Shown: positions 10,234-21,402 of the stretch, piece after piece
How positions within the stretch are numbered: the stretch's first letter is position 1
Layout: each line of letters starts with the position of its first letter
Assembly: GCA_043228905.1 (NCBI GenBank)
Contig: JBHGNT010000002.1
Coordinates: forward strand, 22,754,001-22,818,000
Direction of reading: 5' to 3'
DNA from: Azolla caroliniana
Taxonomy: Eukaryota; Plantae; Polypodiophyta
DNA: 64,000 nt
Notes under the pieces: model-generated
What the model saw: only the letters and a program-made list of their open reading frames with translations
Told to the model about the DNA's origin: nothing
The model's database searches: none
Made by a program: the position numbers and the translations under genes

Positions 10234-11037
10234 TGTCGAGATATTACGCAAGTGCGTGTGGAATCGAGGCGGGACCGCGGGGGTCTCGAACCAAAGAGCA
10301 AGCGAGGGAGGAGAATGAGAGAGAACCGGCTACGCAGGACCGGGGATACACAAGGACACGGCCCTTCAGCACGGAGAAGCGAACAGACACCGACACAGAC
10401 AGATGCGAACGACTAAATATGTATATTAACAAAATTGCTAACACGATTACAACCCTCGGTGGGGCACAGGTTGGTTACAACCGAACAGGCCGGCGAACAG
10501 ATGCCGATGCCTGTTCGCTTCGACGCACAAACGGGGTAGCAGGTCGGAGGTGCTGCCGGAAGCACTCGGGCGTTCCTCGAAACAGCGCGAGCCTCCTCGG
10601 AACCCTGCACAGAAGCTATGGAGCTCGAGAAGGAAGGAAGCACAGAGAGAGAGAGAGAGAGAGAAGCTCCCAGAAACGGTCCGGCAGCACTTCGTCCTCT
10701 CCGCGCGAGATGCCTGCAACAGCCCTTTCCTCCTCTTTTTATAGCCCGACGAGCAGGCCGTCCTGTCAGCTTTATTCCCTGTCCCTTTTAGACAGGGATC
10801 CGCTCCGTCCTTCACGCGTCCGCGTAGTTACGCCGCCGACTCGTACAGTTCCTTCGCTCGCGCGCGCGACCGAAAAGACTGTTCGCGCGGTCTTCGTCTC
10901 CACTTGTGCTAGGGCCCGTTCCTGCCGATTATCCTCCTAATTCGCTTCCGTGTACAACTTGGAGCTTGCGCGCGTGAAGAACCGGTTCCCATGCCTAGGT
11001 GCACCGAATCCGCCTATGGACGGTTTTCTTCACGACA
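10234..11037 (-). repeat. 5' LTR of element B
   Basis: 804 bp, adjacent to the PBS, TATAAAA box on the minus strand near 10735-10743. Confidence 0.97.
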
Positions 11038-11996
11038 ACGGGCTATTGAAGAAAGGGCGTAGGTTCGAGTGGAGGACGGAGCACACGGAGTCGGTACGAA
11101 GACTAAAGGAGGCGCTTACGGTAGCGTCGGCTCTCCGTAAAGCGGTTTACGGCAGGAATGTCCCCATTTGCGTGACAGTGGACACGAGCCCGACCGGGAT
11201 CGGGTGGGTAATCAATCAGGAGGACAAGGACGGCATACGATTCCTCATCCGGTTCGGGGCGAAGGTATTGAGCAAGCGGCAGCAAGGATACGCCCAAGTT
11301 AAGCGCGAGCTTTGGGGTATCATTTCGACAGTCAAGGCCGACAAGGACTATTTGATCGGGATAGAGGTGATCATCGAGACGAACTGCCTGCCGATACTCG
11401 GCATGGTTTCCGGATGCGCAACGCCGGACCTAGCAATGCTCCGATGGATAGCGTACATTAAGTCCCTGAACCCGGAGATACGGCACATCTCCGGAAAGGA
11501 TAACACCATGGCTGACATACTTTTGAGAGCGAGGTTCAACGACGAAGACGAGATGGTTTCAGATGACAAAGAAGTCGGCGAGGACTTCTTCGGGTCGGCT
11601 AACGTAACGACGAGGAAAAGGGACACTCCGGCGCTTAACGAATTCGACAAAAGCAAGTACGACAGGGAGTGGCTCCAAATCGGGAGGTTCCTATGGGCGA
11701 TGACTCCGAACGCAGCGTGGACGAGAGAAGAGGCGAGCCAGGTACGGAAGAAGGCGTACCGATTCTTCCTACAGGATGGGTGCATATGGAGGCACCCAAA
11801 GAAAAGAAATGGCATCCCACTCCGAGTAGTGGCAAAGAAAGAGGAACAGGAGGAACTACTGGCGGCATTTCACGAGAGTCCCTGGGCCGGGCACCGCGGA
11901 ACGTGGGCCACGTTCGGGAAGCTGAAGGAGAAGTACTGGTGGCCGAGGCTGTACCAGGACGTGCAACGGTTCGTAACGACTTGCGAGAGCTGTCAG

Positions 11997-12323
11997 ATGC
12001 ACTCCGTAGTCCGACATCGGGATGAGCTACACCCGACTTACCCGCATGCGGTCCATTTCAAATGGATGGTGGACTTGGTAACGATACTGATGGGAGTAGG
12101 ATAGATGCGATACCTGGTGCATGCACGGGAAGACTTAACGAACCAGGTGGAAGGCCATGCACTCCGTAGTCCGACATCGGGATGAGCTACACCCGACTTA
12201 CCCGCATGCGGTCCATTTCAAGTGGATGGTGGACTTGGTAACGATACTGATGGGAGTAGGATAGATGCGATACCTGGTGCTTGCACGGGAAGACTTAACG
12301 AACCAGGTGGAAGGCCATGCACT
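11997..12323 (+). repeat. 160-bp tandem duplication in element A integrase
   Basis: 11997-12156 is repeated at 12157-12316; junctions carry ATGCACT at 11997, 12157 and 12317. Confidence 0.92.
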
Positions 12324-12430
12324 GCAGAACAAGACAACTGCGGCGGTATGTCGGTTCCTGATCGAAGAGGTAGTGTGTCGGTACGGGTGCGTCGGGAGGA
12401 TAGTGGCGGACCTGGGAGAGCTGGATGCGT

Positions 12431-13137
12431 TGTCGTAGTGTATATCGTACACTACGTGAAAAAGTAAAAATAATATAACCGATTTAATTACATATAAATA
12501 AATAAAATAAGAATATCAAGATATTTATCACGTGCATAGGGCAAGATTTGAACCTTGTACCTCCACGTAAATAAACCCCAACTTTACCATTGTAATAACT
12601 TATCTTTAGTGTTATAAATATAGATTTAATACGCATAAGACATTTATTTACACATACCTTTATTAAAAGCTAAAAATCATGTATTCTTTAGAGTGTAAAT
12701 ATTTTATTTACACGTGCCATTAAAAGTGACTCATGCACATCTAGCGTGCATGAGCCCTATATTTAGGAAATGACAAAGCATCACATGCACATTTAGTGTG
12801 CATGGACACTTTAAGCGAAAAAGCATGAAGCCATGTTTAGCCTCTTCCATCTTTATATAAGGAGGAGAGAAATATGTATAAGGTTGTTGATTAATATAGA
12901 AGAATTGATCAATCTAATATATTCGTGGGATTCACGAATTTTGCCATAAAAAATTACTCTTATAATCTAAATATTGTTTTAAAATACACTAAACTCGTGG
13001 GATTCACGAGATTGCTATCTTACTTCTCTTTCCACTATTCATAACTAGCCTTAAGTTGTATTCCTCTTCCTCCTAGTCCAAAACCTCGGCGGTTCCCACC
13101 CGACTCACGCAATGATCCGGAGCCGAAGGGCTCGACA
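12431..13137 (+). mobile_element. AT-rich solo LTR (707 bp) of the TGTCG...CGACA family inserted in element A integrase
   Basis: Termini TGTCG/CGACA. TSD GCGT (12427-12430) / GCGC (13138-13141). Host reads GELDA|QEAEELF across it. TATA at ~12854. Confidence 0.88.
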
Positions 13138-13953
13138 GCGCAGGAAGCTGAGGAGTTGTTCGACCGGCTAGGGGTCAAACTCTCCCTCACTATGACGTAC
13201 AATCCGGAGGCGAACGAGAAGGTAGAGCGTGGGCACGGGCCGATCGTAAAGGCGTTGGTGCGTGCATGCAGAGGGCATGTCGAGAATTGGTCGCGGCTCC
13301 TTCCTTATGCACTATGGGCGGACCGAACTACACACAGTTCGGTGATAGGGTTTATGCCGGCAGAGCTGATGTACAGACAAAAGCCGATCATGCCGGTGGA
13401 ACAAACAGTTTCTTCATGGGCGGCGGTAGATTGGAAGGACAAGATGAGCCGAGAGCAGTTGCTGTCGGCGTGGATTCGACAACTCGAGCGGAGGCCAGAG
13501 GACGTGAAACGGGCCGTGGAGAAGCTTCGGTTGGCAAGGTTGAAGAACAAAGGGCGGTTTGACCGGACTCACCGGCTACGAACGTAGAAAATCGAGGAAG
13601 GCGACTGGGTCCTAGTGTATGACAACAGCCTCAACAACCAGCATAGGGCAACGCGGAAGTTTGCACGGAGGTGGTTCGGGCCTTACGTGGTGACAGGCGC
13701 CAACAACAACGGGAGCTACCATCTTGCGGAGCTCGACGGTACAAGGATGGCAATACCGGTAGCGCGGAAGAGGGTCAAAGCATTTAAGAAACGACACGAG
13801 TGCGAGCCGGATCCGGAAAGCATGGACGGCGACGACGGACGGTCCGAGGCGGATGACGATCAGGAAGACGAGGAGTAAAGCATGGACCGGTTTTCTCCAG
13901 CAAGAGCCCAATTTTGGCGCATGCCGGTGGATGCGCAGTTAGGTGGGGGCGGA

Positions 13954-14332
13954 TGTCGTGAAGAAAACCGTCCCTAAGCGGAATCCAAGTTTAGCATGTG
14001 TAAACCGGCTCTTACACGCGAGCACACTTTTCGTTGTATAGTAAGTAGGTAGGTACAAGTCGGTAGAGGTGAAATCCTAGGTAGCGCGCATTCAATAGGG
14101 AGAGAATTGAGATGTATCTCTGTCCGAAAAGATAGAGAATTAATGTGATGTAACAGATGATAACGACCTCCCTCCTTGAGCTATAAAAGAGAGGGAGAGG
14201 AATGAAAAGGAGGATCGCGCGTTGGCAAGGAGGAAGTGTTGCTGTAGAACCGAGTGCCGAGATCTCTCTCCCCCAATCGTCGTTCTCTGCGGGTGTCAGG
14301 AGTTTGCTGCCTCTGCTTTGTGGACAACCCGT
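13954..14332 (+). repeat. Truncated 3' LTR of element A
   Basis: Follows the PPT, begins TGTCGTGAAGAAAACCGTCC like the sense start of the element B LTR, TATAAAA at 14182, broken at CCGT by LTR C. Confidence 0.88.
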
Positions 14333-14969
14333 TGTCGAGGTATTCCTCCCGGATGCGTGGAATGAGGCGGGACCTCAAGGGTCCTGTACCGAAGAGCAAG
14401 AGAGAAAGGAAAAGAGACCCACTAGGTGCGAGCGTAGATTCACAGGGACACGGCCCTTCGACACAAAGACACGAGTGGGACAGCGACACGGAGAGACACG
14501 AATGTATGTATGTATTAACAAAGACAACAACAAGAACACGAAAGCAACAAAACACGAAGTCGGTTACAACCGAACAGGCCGGCGAACAGATGTCGATGCC
14601 TGTTCGTAAACGTACAGAAAGAAAGGAGCAGGTTGGAGGTGCTGCCGGAAGCACTCGGGCATTCCTCAGAGCAGTGCGAGCCTCCCGAAACCTGCACAGA
14701 AAGAAGCTATGGAGTTTGCGAGCCAAAGAGAGAGAGAAGCCTTCGCCCACAAACCGACAGCACTTCGTCCTCGACTCTCCGCGATCCCTTCCTCCTCCTC
14801 GTCTCCCTCCTCTTATAGGCAAAAAGGGAGCCGTTTCCTATTAACTCCCTACCTACCGAATCTGCCTACCTAGGATCTTCTATGTACAACATAAGGCGCA
14901 CGTGCATGAAGAGCCGGTTCCTACGCTCCGGTGCACCGATTCCGCTTGTGGACGGTTTTCTTCACGACA
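14333..14969 (-). mobile_element. LTR C (637 bp), same family as B, with non-matching flanks (probable recombinant solo LTR)
   Basis: TGTCG...CGACA, colinear with the B LTR. Left flank CCGT lies in LTR A; right flank ACGG lies in the RT of element D. Confidence 0.88.
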
Positions 14970-17907
14970 ACGGATCAATGGTGTCAGGTTCTTCACGAAG
15001 ATCGACTTACGGGGCATATAACCTCGTACGGATCCGACCAGGAGACGAATGGAAGACCGCGTTTCGCACCAGATATGGGCACTTCGAGTATACGGTCATG
15101 CCGTTCGGCCTCACTAATGCACCGGCAGTCTTCCAGCACATGGCTAATGATATATTCCGAGATCTATTGGATGATTGTTTGATCATCTATTTGGATGATC
15201 TACTGGTTTATTCAAAGACCCAAGAAGAACATGATTCTCATGTACTATTAGTACTAAAACGACTTCGAGAACATGGTCTGTATGCAAAGCTGGAAAAATG
15301 TAGTTTCGGGTGCAACCAAGTGGAATTTCTCGGCTACATCATTTCGTCAGAAGGCATCTCCATGGACCCAGCTAAGGTCAAAACGGTGGTAGAATGGCAG
15401 ACTCCACGTTCGGTGCGGGATGTGCAATGCTTCCTAGGCTTTGCCAATTTTTACCGGAAGTTCATACAAGATTACTCAAAGATCGTTCTACCTCTCACAC
15501 AACTTACCAGGAAGGGACAACTGTTCATTTGGTCTAAAGAAACGGACGTGGCTTTCGAGAATCTTAAAAAGGCATTTACATCGGCTCCAATTCTAGCTCA
15601 TGTCGATCCGGAAAAACCATTTATTATCGAAGCTGACGCATCGGATTTTGCATTGGGGAGCATTCTGTCACAATAGGGGAATGATGAGAAGCTACATCCT
15701 GTGGCTTTTCACTCACGCAAGTTTGACGCCGCCGAAATCAACTACGAAATTCATGATAAGGAGCTATTGGAAATAGTGGATTCTTTTATGCAATGGAGGC
15801 ATTTTCTGGAGGGATCCTCTCATCCGGTCACCGTATTTAGTGACCACAAGAACCTTGCCTACTTTCAGGATGCTCGTGTGTTGAATCGACGTCAAGCTCG
15901 GTGGGCCCACTTCCTCACGCGTTTCGACTTCAAAATTACATATCGTCCGGGGAAGCACCAAGGGAAGGCCGATGCATTATCACGGCGTTTGTACCTAGCA
16001 CCCCGTCCCGGCGAGCCAGCTTTCGATAACCAAAAACAAGTCATCTTGGGACCGGCACGACTACAAGCAACAAAGATCTTTGACATGCCCATGGATTCCC
16101 GCGTTATTGATACCATACGCGAAGACTTGAAGATAGATGCATTTGCCCAAGCTATACTAGCACAAATTGATCCCTCTCGAGCGTTGTGTTCACAGTCGCA
16201 ACCACCAGGCACGGACTATCGGCAATTCAAATACCATGATGGATTACTCTTCTTTAAAGAACTTTTGTATGTTCCTAATGGTTCTTGCCGCCTTCAAGTA
16301 GTACAAAACTGTCATGACACATATGCAGCTGGGCATTTTGGTAGTACTAAAACACTACATTTAGTACAACGATCATTCTGGTGGCCCTGTATGCGACAAT
16401 TTGTCGAGGATTTTGTTCGGACTTGTGATACATGCTGCAGAGCGAAAATGCCAAGGCATCATCCATATGGTTTATTAGAACCATTACCAATTCCAAGCAA
16501 GCCGTGGCAATCCATTGCTCTAGACTTCATCACACATCTTCCAGTCTCTAAAGGGTTCAAAGCGATTCTAACGGTGGTCGATCGATATACGAAGATGGCT
16601 CATTTCTTGCCATGTACTAAGGAGATCTCCAGTGAAGACACTGCCAAAATTGTCATGCGTGAAGTATGTCGGCATCATGGACTTCCCGATAGTATCATCA
16701 GTGATCGTGGACCCCAGTTCGTGTCAAAATTCTAGAAGCACCTTTTTAACATGCTCAAGGTCACTTGTAACCTCTCCTCCGGCTACCACCCATAAACCGA
16801 CGGCCAAGCCGAACAAACCAATCAAACGCTGGAGCAGTATCTGCGGTGCTTTCTTAGCTATCATCAGGATGACTGGGTAGATATTCTCCACTTCGCCGAA
16901 TTTGCCTATAACAACTCTATCCATGCATCCACGAAAGTTACGCCATTTTATGCTTATACGGGATGTCACCCCCGGTGGTGTGTACTTGAAACCCCAGAGG
17001 TGTCCACAAATCCTTGCGCAGAGGATCGTTTGGAAAGGTTACGCAAGATACGAGCGGATTTATCTACTCATCTCCAACAAGCTCAACAAACACACAAGGT
17101 TTATGCGGATCGTCATCGACTCTCATCTAGTTTTAACATTGGAGATCGGGTATGGCTACTCCGACAACACATCAAGACTACTCGCCCATGCGAGAAGTTG
17201 GATTATCGACGATTAGGTCCTTTCCGTATTATCGGAAAGATTAATGATGTCGCTTTTCGTCTTGATCTACCTCCACAACTTCGGATACATCCGGTGTTTC
17301 ATAGTTCTCTCCTCGAACCCTATCAAGAAAGCATCATCCCATGACGTATTACACAGCCTCCACCCCCGATCGAGCTTGAAGATGGACCTGAGTACGAGGT
17401 TGCCGCCATCCTTGATTCCAAGCTTGTTCGCAACAAGCTCTACTATCTAGTCGACTGGCTAGGATATAGTCCCAGCGACCGTACTTGGGAACCGATAGAG
17501 AATGTCACCAATGCTCGTGCTCTTCTTGAAGACTTCCATCTTCAATATCCAGACAAACTGGGTCCTCAATCCAAAACGACTCGTTACACTCGTCGTTTTA
17601 AAGGGGGGATAGTGTCATGATATTGCAAGACTCAAACCCATGACCTTATACTACATGGGTCGAGCTCTCAACCATTAGACTATACATTGTAATACATAGA
17701 TATTATTTTCATTTATGTTTTATTATAGAAAATTGATGTATATTCCAGATTTCTCTGGAACATTCTAGAAACTTCAGGAGTATTCCTTAGAACACTATAA
17801 AAGGAGGCACAAGGCATTATTTCGAACCAAATTGGTTCAACGCCAGTCTTAAGCCTCCTAGCTACTGTACATTTTCTTCACATAATATATATCTTTTCCT
17901 ATCATCA

Positions 17908-17938
<31 letters not shown>

Positions 17939-18037
17939 TCACTCACTCTTTCCTTCTCTCGAGAGTTCTTCACCTCTCTTAGTACTAATACTTCTTTTAG
18001 TACTAATTCCTTCTCTGTCTTAGTACTGTTCCTAACA
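14970..18037 (+). mobile_element. Element D: 5'-truncated Tcn1-like chromovirus (RT-RH-IN-chromodomain pseudogene + 3' LTR 17613-18037)
   Basis: KIDLRGAYN, YLDD, EADASDFALG, GPF and chromodomain EYEVAAILD...YLVDWLGY...TWEP. In-frame stops near 15674, 16733, 16793 and 17342. PPT AAAGGGGGGATAG, LTR TGTCA...TAACA. Confidence 0.9.
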
Positions 18038-18458
18038 ATCACCCATGCGCGCAAGGGAGCAAGATGGAGATTCTACCGGAAGCACACGGGCGTTCCACGG
18101 AGCAGAATCAGCCTCTTGAGAACCTGCGCAAAAGAAAGCTATGGAGAACAACAGAGAAGAAGAACTCGGTCCCAGTCCGATAGCACTTCGTCCCCTCTCG
18201 CGCGCGATACCTTCTCTCCCCCGTCTCCCTCTCTTTTATAGCTCAAGGAGGGAGACCGTTTTCACCCGTTTACATCACATAAATTCTCTGTCCTTTCGGA
18301 CAGAGATACTCCTCGATTCTCCCTATAGAATATTGCTACCTAGGATTTGACTTTTGTGCCTACCTATCTACTATACAACAAGGGGCGTGCCCACGTGTAA
18401 GGGCCGGTTCACACGCGCTATACACAGTTTGCGTCTGGGGATGGTTTTCTTCACGACA
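18038..18458 (-). mobile_element. LTR E: partial LTR of the TGTCG...CGACA family, interrupted by element D
   Basis: Homologous to LTRs A/B/C (GGAAGCAC.CGGGCGTTCC, CACTTCGTCC); ends TTTTCTTCACGACA followed by ACGG. Confidence 0.85.
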
Positions 18459-19279
18459 ACGGTTTTGTGGACCTTTTACAATCCTCGAATGCATTGGTTC
18501 ATTAGTATATCATCTCGCTCTTCCTGATGGCTATGAAATCCATCCAGTTTTTCATGTAAGTCGTCTAAGAGAACTTCTTCGTTCTAGTGACAATACAATG
18601 ACAACTGAAACTCTGGTTACTTCTGAAGAATTAGCTTCTAAACTACATGTACCAGAAAGAATTCTTGATGTTAAAACAAAAAAATTGTGTTCTAAAATAA
18701 TCCGAGAATTTAAAATAAAATGGATGGATAACTTTTTCAAAGATGCCACATGGGAACGCGAAAATACTCTTAGAATTAACTTCCCTAACTTTCCATTGCA
18801 AGAGTGCAATGTTTTAAAGAGGGGGGAGTATGTTACGGGCATGACCATATCCCATGGTAAGTTTATCATAGTATTCTATACACGTGGATAAAGTGTGAGG
18901 GTTAAACGAGAGTGTAAAGAAGGAAAGGATTACTTTTAATCCTTGGGATAGGGACGACCCATTAGGCCAAGTGTGAACTTGCTTGGGGGCCTTAAGTCTG
19001 GCTATAAATATGAGGCCTAGCTACCCTCATTTGACATGTTATCGACTACATCAAGATTCCGTCATTGTGGTGGGTCAACTCTTGTAGCGAGCGCGCCGGC
19101 ACCAGGTACGACTCGACGCCACGACGGTGGTATGGGACGCCGATCGAGGCTTGAGTCCGTCTCGATCTCTTCGCTTAGGGGTGATCAAGTGGATCAGTAC
19201 CCTTCTTTCTCTCTCTCCTTTCTTATTTTATATCTATTATATCCTTATCTCAAGCTTACATTAGTCGCTAGTTGTAACA
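18459..19279 (+). mobile_element. Element F: 3' end of a Reina/Tekay-like chromovirus (integrase C-terminus, group II chromodomain, 3' LTR 18831-19279)
   Basis: RFCGPF...IHPVFHVSRL and PERILD...IKW...DATWE. PPT AAAGAGGGGGGAG; LTR TGTTAC...GTAACA. Confidence 0.85.
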
Positions 19280-19389
19280 CGTCACCTTCAAAAAACCGCT
19301 TCATACCCATCCATATCTTTTTGGTAGAGTATCTCAAATCGTCTCGCCAACTTGAGATACTCCATTGCTCCCTCCTTTTCATCCTACAA

Positions 19390-20250
19390 TATTTTTATTT
19401 TTATTTTTCCAAAAAAAAAACTCCTTCCATTAGTTATAAAATTTTATAGATGAGAGTATTATATACAAATCCTTGTAGGGACACTATAGTTCCATTGCAT
19501 GTGGATGCCACAAACTCAAGAAAGGGAGAGGATGACCATTGTTGGATAAAGGCCAGTCGTTGTCTTTCAACTCCATCGGAGCCGCCCTTGAGGCCATCAT
19601 ATTGGCTCTTTAGACTAGCTACAACTTCACTCCATCTTTCTTGCATTAACATTATTGGATGCGTGGTTTGGTTGGGTAAGACTCATCTACACCGTTGTTT
19701 CCATAGAATACAGATCTGAGTTATTGGGTTGACCAATTCCACCACAACTTGAGATTTGGCATTAATCGGAGTTGAGTGGATATTGCCAATGTTGGAAAAA
19801 AAAACCTCTTGTGCTTTTATCACAAAAGTCATCCCCTCCTCTTGATGCTCGTACCTGCAACTCAATTGGGGCCTGCCATGATAACCAACTTACATTTCCC
19901 CATTTGATTGTGCCCTGCACCTGGCATAATTGCAATAGGCGGCCAACCCCCCACCATATTCAATGGGTCTTTGGGCAGTCCCACAGAGCGTGTTGTATTG
20001 GTATGTTGCATTTGGGCAAAATACACAATTAGGCGAGCTAAGGTTCTCACGCTGCCACGCTCCAACTGGTAGTGCAATATTATTTCGATAACCTTCCTTA
20101 CCTATGGAAGAATTAAGTGCTTTGGGCCACCTTTTATTATTATAAACTCCTCCATGTTGTACGTCACCAAGACCGCATCCATCATCCGTGATGCCTTCAT
20201 CTACCACCCTACATTGTTCATGTCAGCTTCACTAAATTTGTTGTGAAGCG
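19390..20250 (-). mobile_element. Decayed 3' end of an L1-type LINE (zf-RVT region)
   Basis: Frameshifted ALPVGAW...CVFC...HALWDCP..IW and ILWKQRC motifs; A-rich tail near 19390-19410 on the minus strand. Boundaries approximate. Confidence 0.6.
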
Positions 20251-20891
20251 CGCATCACACATGCATAGACAAGCACTAGACCTCTATCCACAAGTGGCAA
20301 TGGAGGAAAGAAAAGATGGTTCAAAAGGATTATTTTTATAAACATAGGTCTTAAACCCACAAACTTTGAGATAGATCAAATCATCTCCACCAATGGACCA
20401 AACACAATCCTTACAAAAGCGCGCGCACTCAAAGAAACAGGACCAACAATCCTCGTTATTGTTGCATCAACAATCAACATCAGGCGTCAGATTCTCATTG
20501 GGAAGCAGGACCAACTTTTGAATAAGCAAAAAAGAAGAAGCAATCTAGCAGCTTTGGGTGGCTTTGTCAAGCACAGGCTTGGAGGACTATAGAGGCATCA
20601 CAGTTTTGTCGCTATTGGAACCGTAGAGCTCTCAAGCACTAGATCTTCAGAAATTCTCGATATTTGCATACATACTTTACAACCCATATACGACTACTAC
20701 TACTGATTATATTGCGATAAAACCTTAGGGGGGCCAAACATATATAGTTGGAATGAAACCAAGTGTTCCATATGTGTGGGATGAAGGACATTGAGTTGTT
20801 TCTTGCATGCTGAGATTTGGGCGTCCGGACATTTCTGAGTGCAAGTGTGAAACGGATTTAGGGTTTCTGTTGACAGCAGCGATGGAGGTAG

Positions 20892-20923
<32 letters not shown>

Positions 20924-21371
20924 TTTATTTTTTCATGGATTAAAACCAGGATGGACAGACAGAGAAGACCAAGCAGGATCAAAGCTTTCGCACCTCTTGC
21001 CTCTGGAAATTGTGGTATTTTTTCCGATTTTGTTTTGTTTTGTTTTGTTTTGTATGGATGGTCTTATGGATTCTAATGCTTCTGAGCTTCCACCATTTCA
21101 ATGAGTTAGTTTACTTTTGTACGTTTGGAATTTATTCATCTGCTTCTGCTTCAAAGATGTAAGCACCCCCCCCTGCGGCTCTCTCTCGGCTTGTTTGAGC
21201 CGTAGGGCATGATATAAGCTTCCTCTAGGGTTTTGTTTTGATTGGGGAATGCTTGCACATGTTGTCATCTCCATCCTCAACGGCGTAAATTTGATTTTTG
21301 TTCGACCTTGATACTTTAGCATGATCTTTAGTAATATGGTGATGCATATCTAGTCTGTCCAAGCGGTGTCT

Positions 21372-21402
<31 letters not shown>

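Larger units (their letters stand above)
3726..11037 (-). mobile_element. Element B: intact full-length non-chromovirus Ty3/gypsy LTR retrotransposon (7312 bp), possibly Phygy-like
   Basis: Two 804-bp LTRs (two substitutions noticed), perfect TSD ACGG (3722-3725 / 11038-11041), PBS, PPT, and uninterrupted gag-PR and RT-RH-IN frames. Confidence 0.97.
972..13878 (+). pseudogene. Element A pol (RT-RNase H-integrase) in segments 972-1299, 2570-3725, 11038-12430 and 13138-13878, with stops and frameshifts
   Basis: Motifs YKTVDRKVRPV, LPQGGTNS, PFLDD, VDTSPTGIG, HESPWAGH..CESC, YNPEANEKVER and WFGPY. LYG|LLKKG is split exactly by element B. Confidence 0.92.
1..14332 (+). mobile_element. Element A: decayed non-chromovirus Ty3/gypsy LTR retrotransposon (5' end outside window), interrupted by four younger insertions
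   Basis: gag-PR, RT, RNase H and integrase segments re-join across the insertions at 1300-2569, 3726-11037 and 12431-13137. PPT TTAGGTGGGGGCGGA at 13939-13953; 3' LTR starts TGTCGTGAAG at 13954 and is truncated at 14332. Proteins are colinear with intact element B. Confidence 0.93.

Noticed and set aside
4664-10416. Many 100-270 aa plus-strand ORFs opposite gag/pol
   Set aside because: Shadow ORFs expected from GC-rich codon usage; no recognisable domains.
10233-10940. 235-aa antisense ORF across the element B LTR (also fused into ORF 3242..4432)
   Set aside because: The frame is not conserved in related LTR C, the composition is low-complexity and GC-rich, and its presence in both LTRs only reflects LTR identity.
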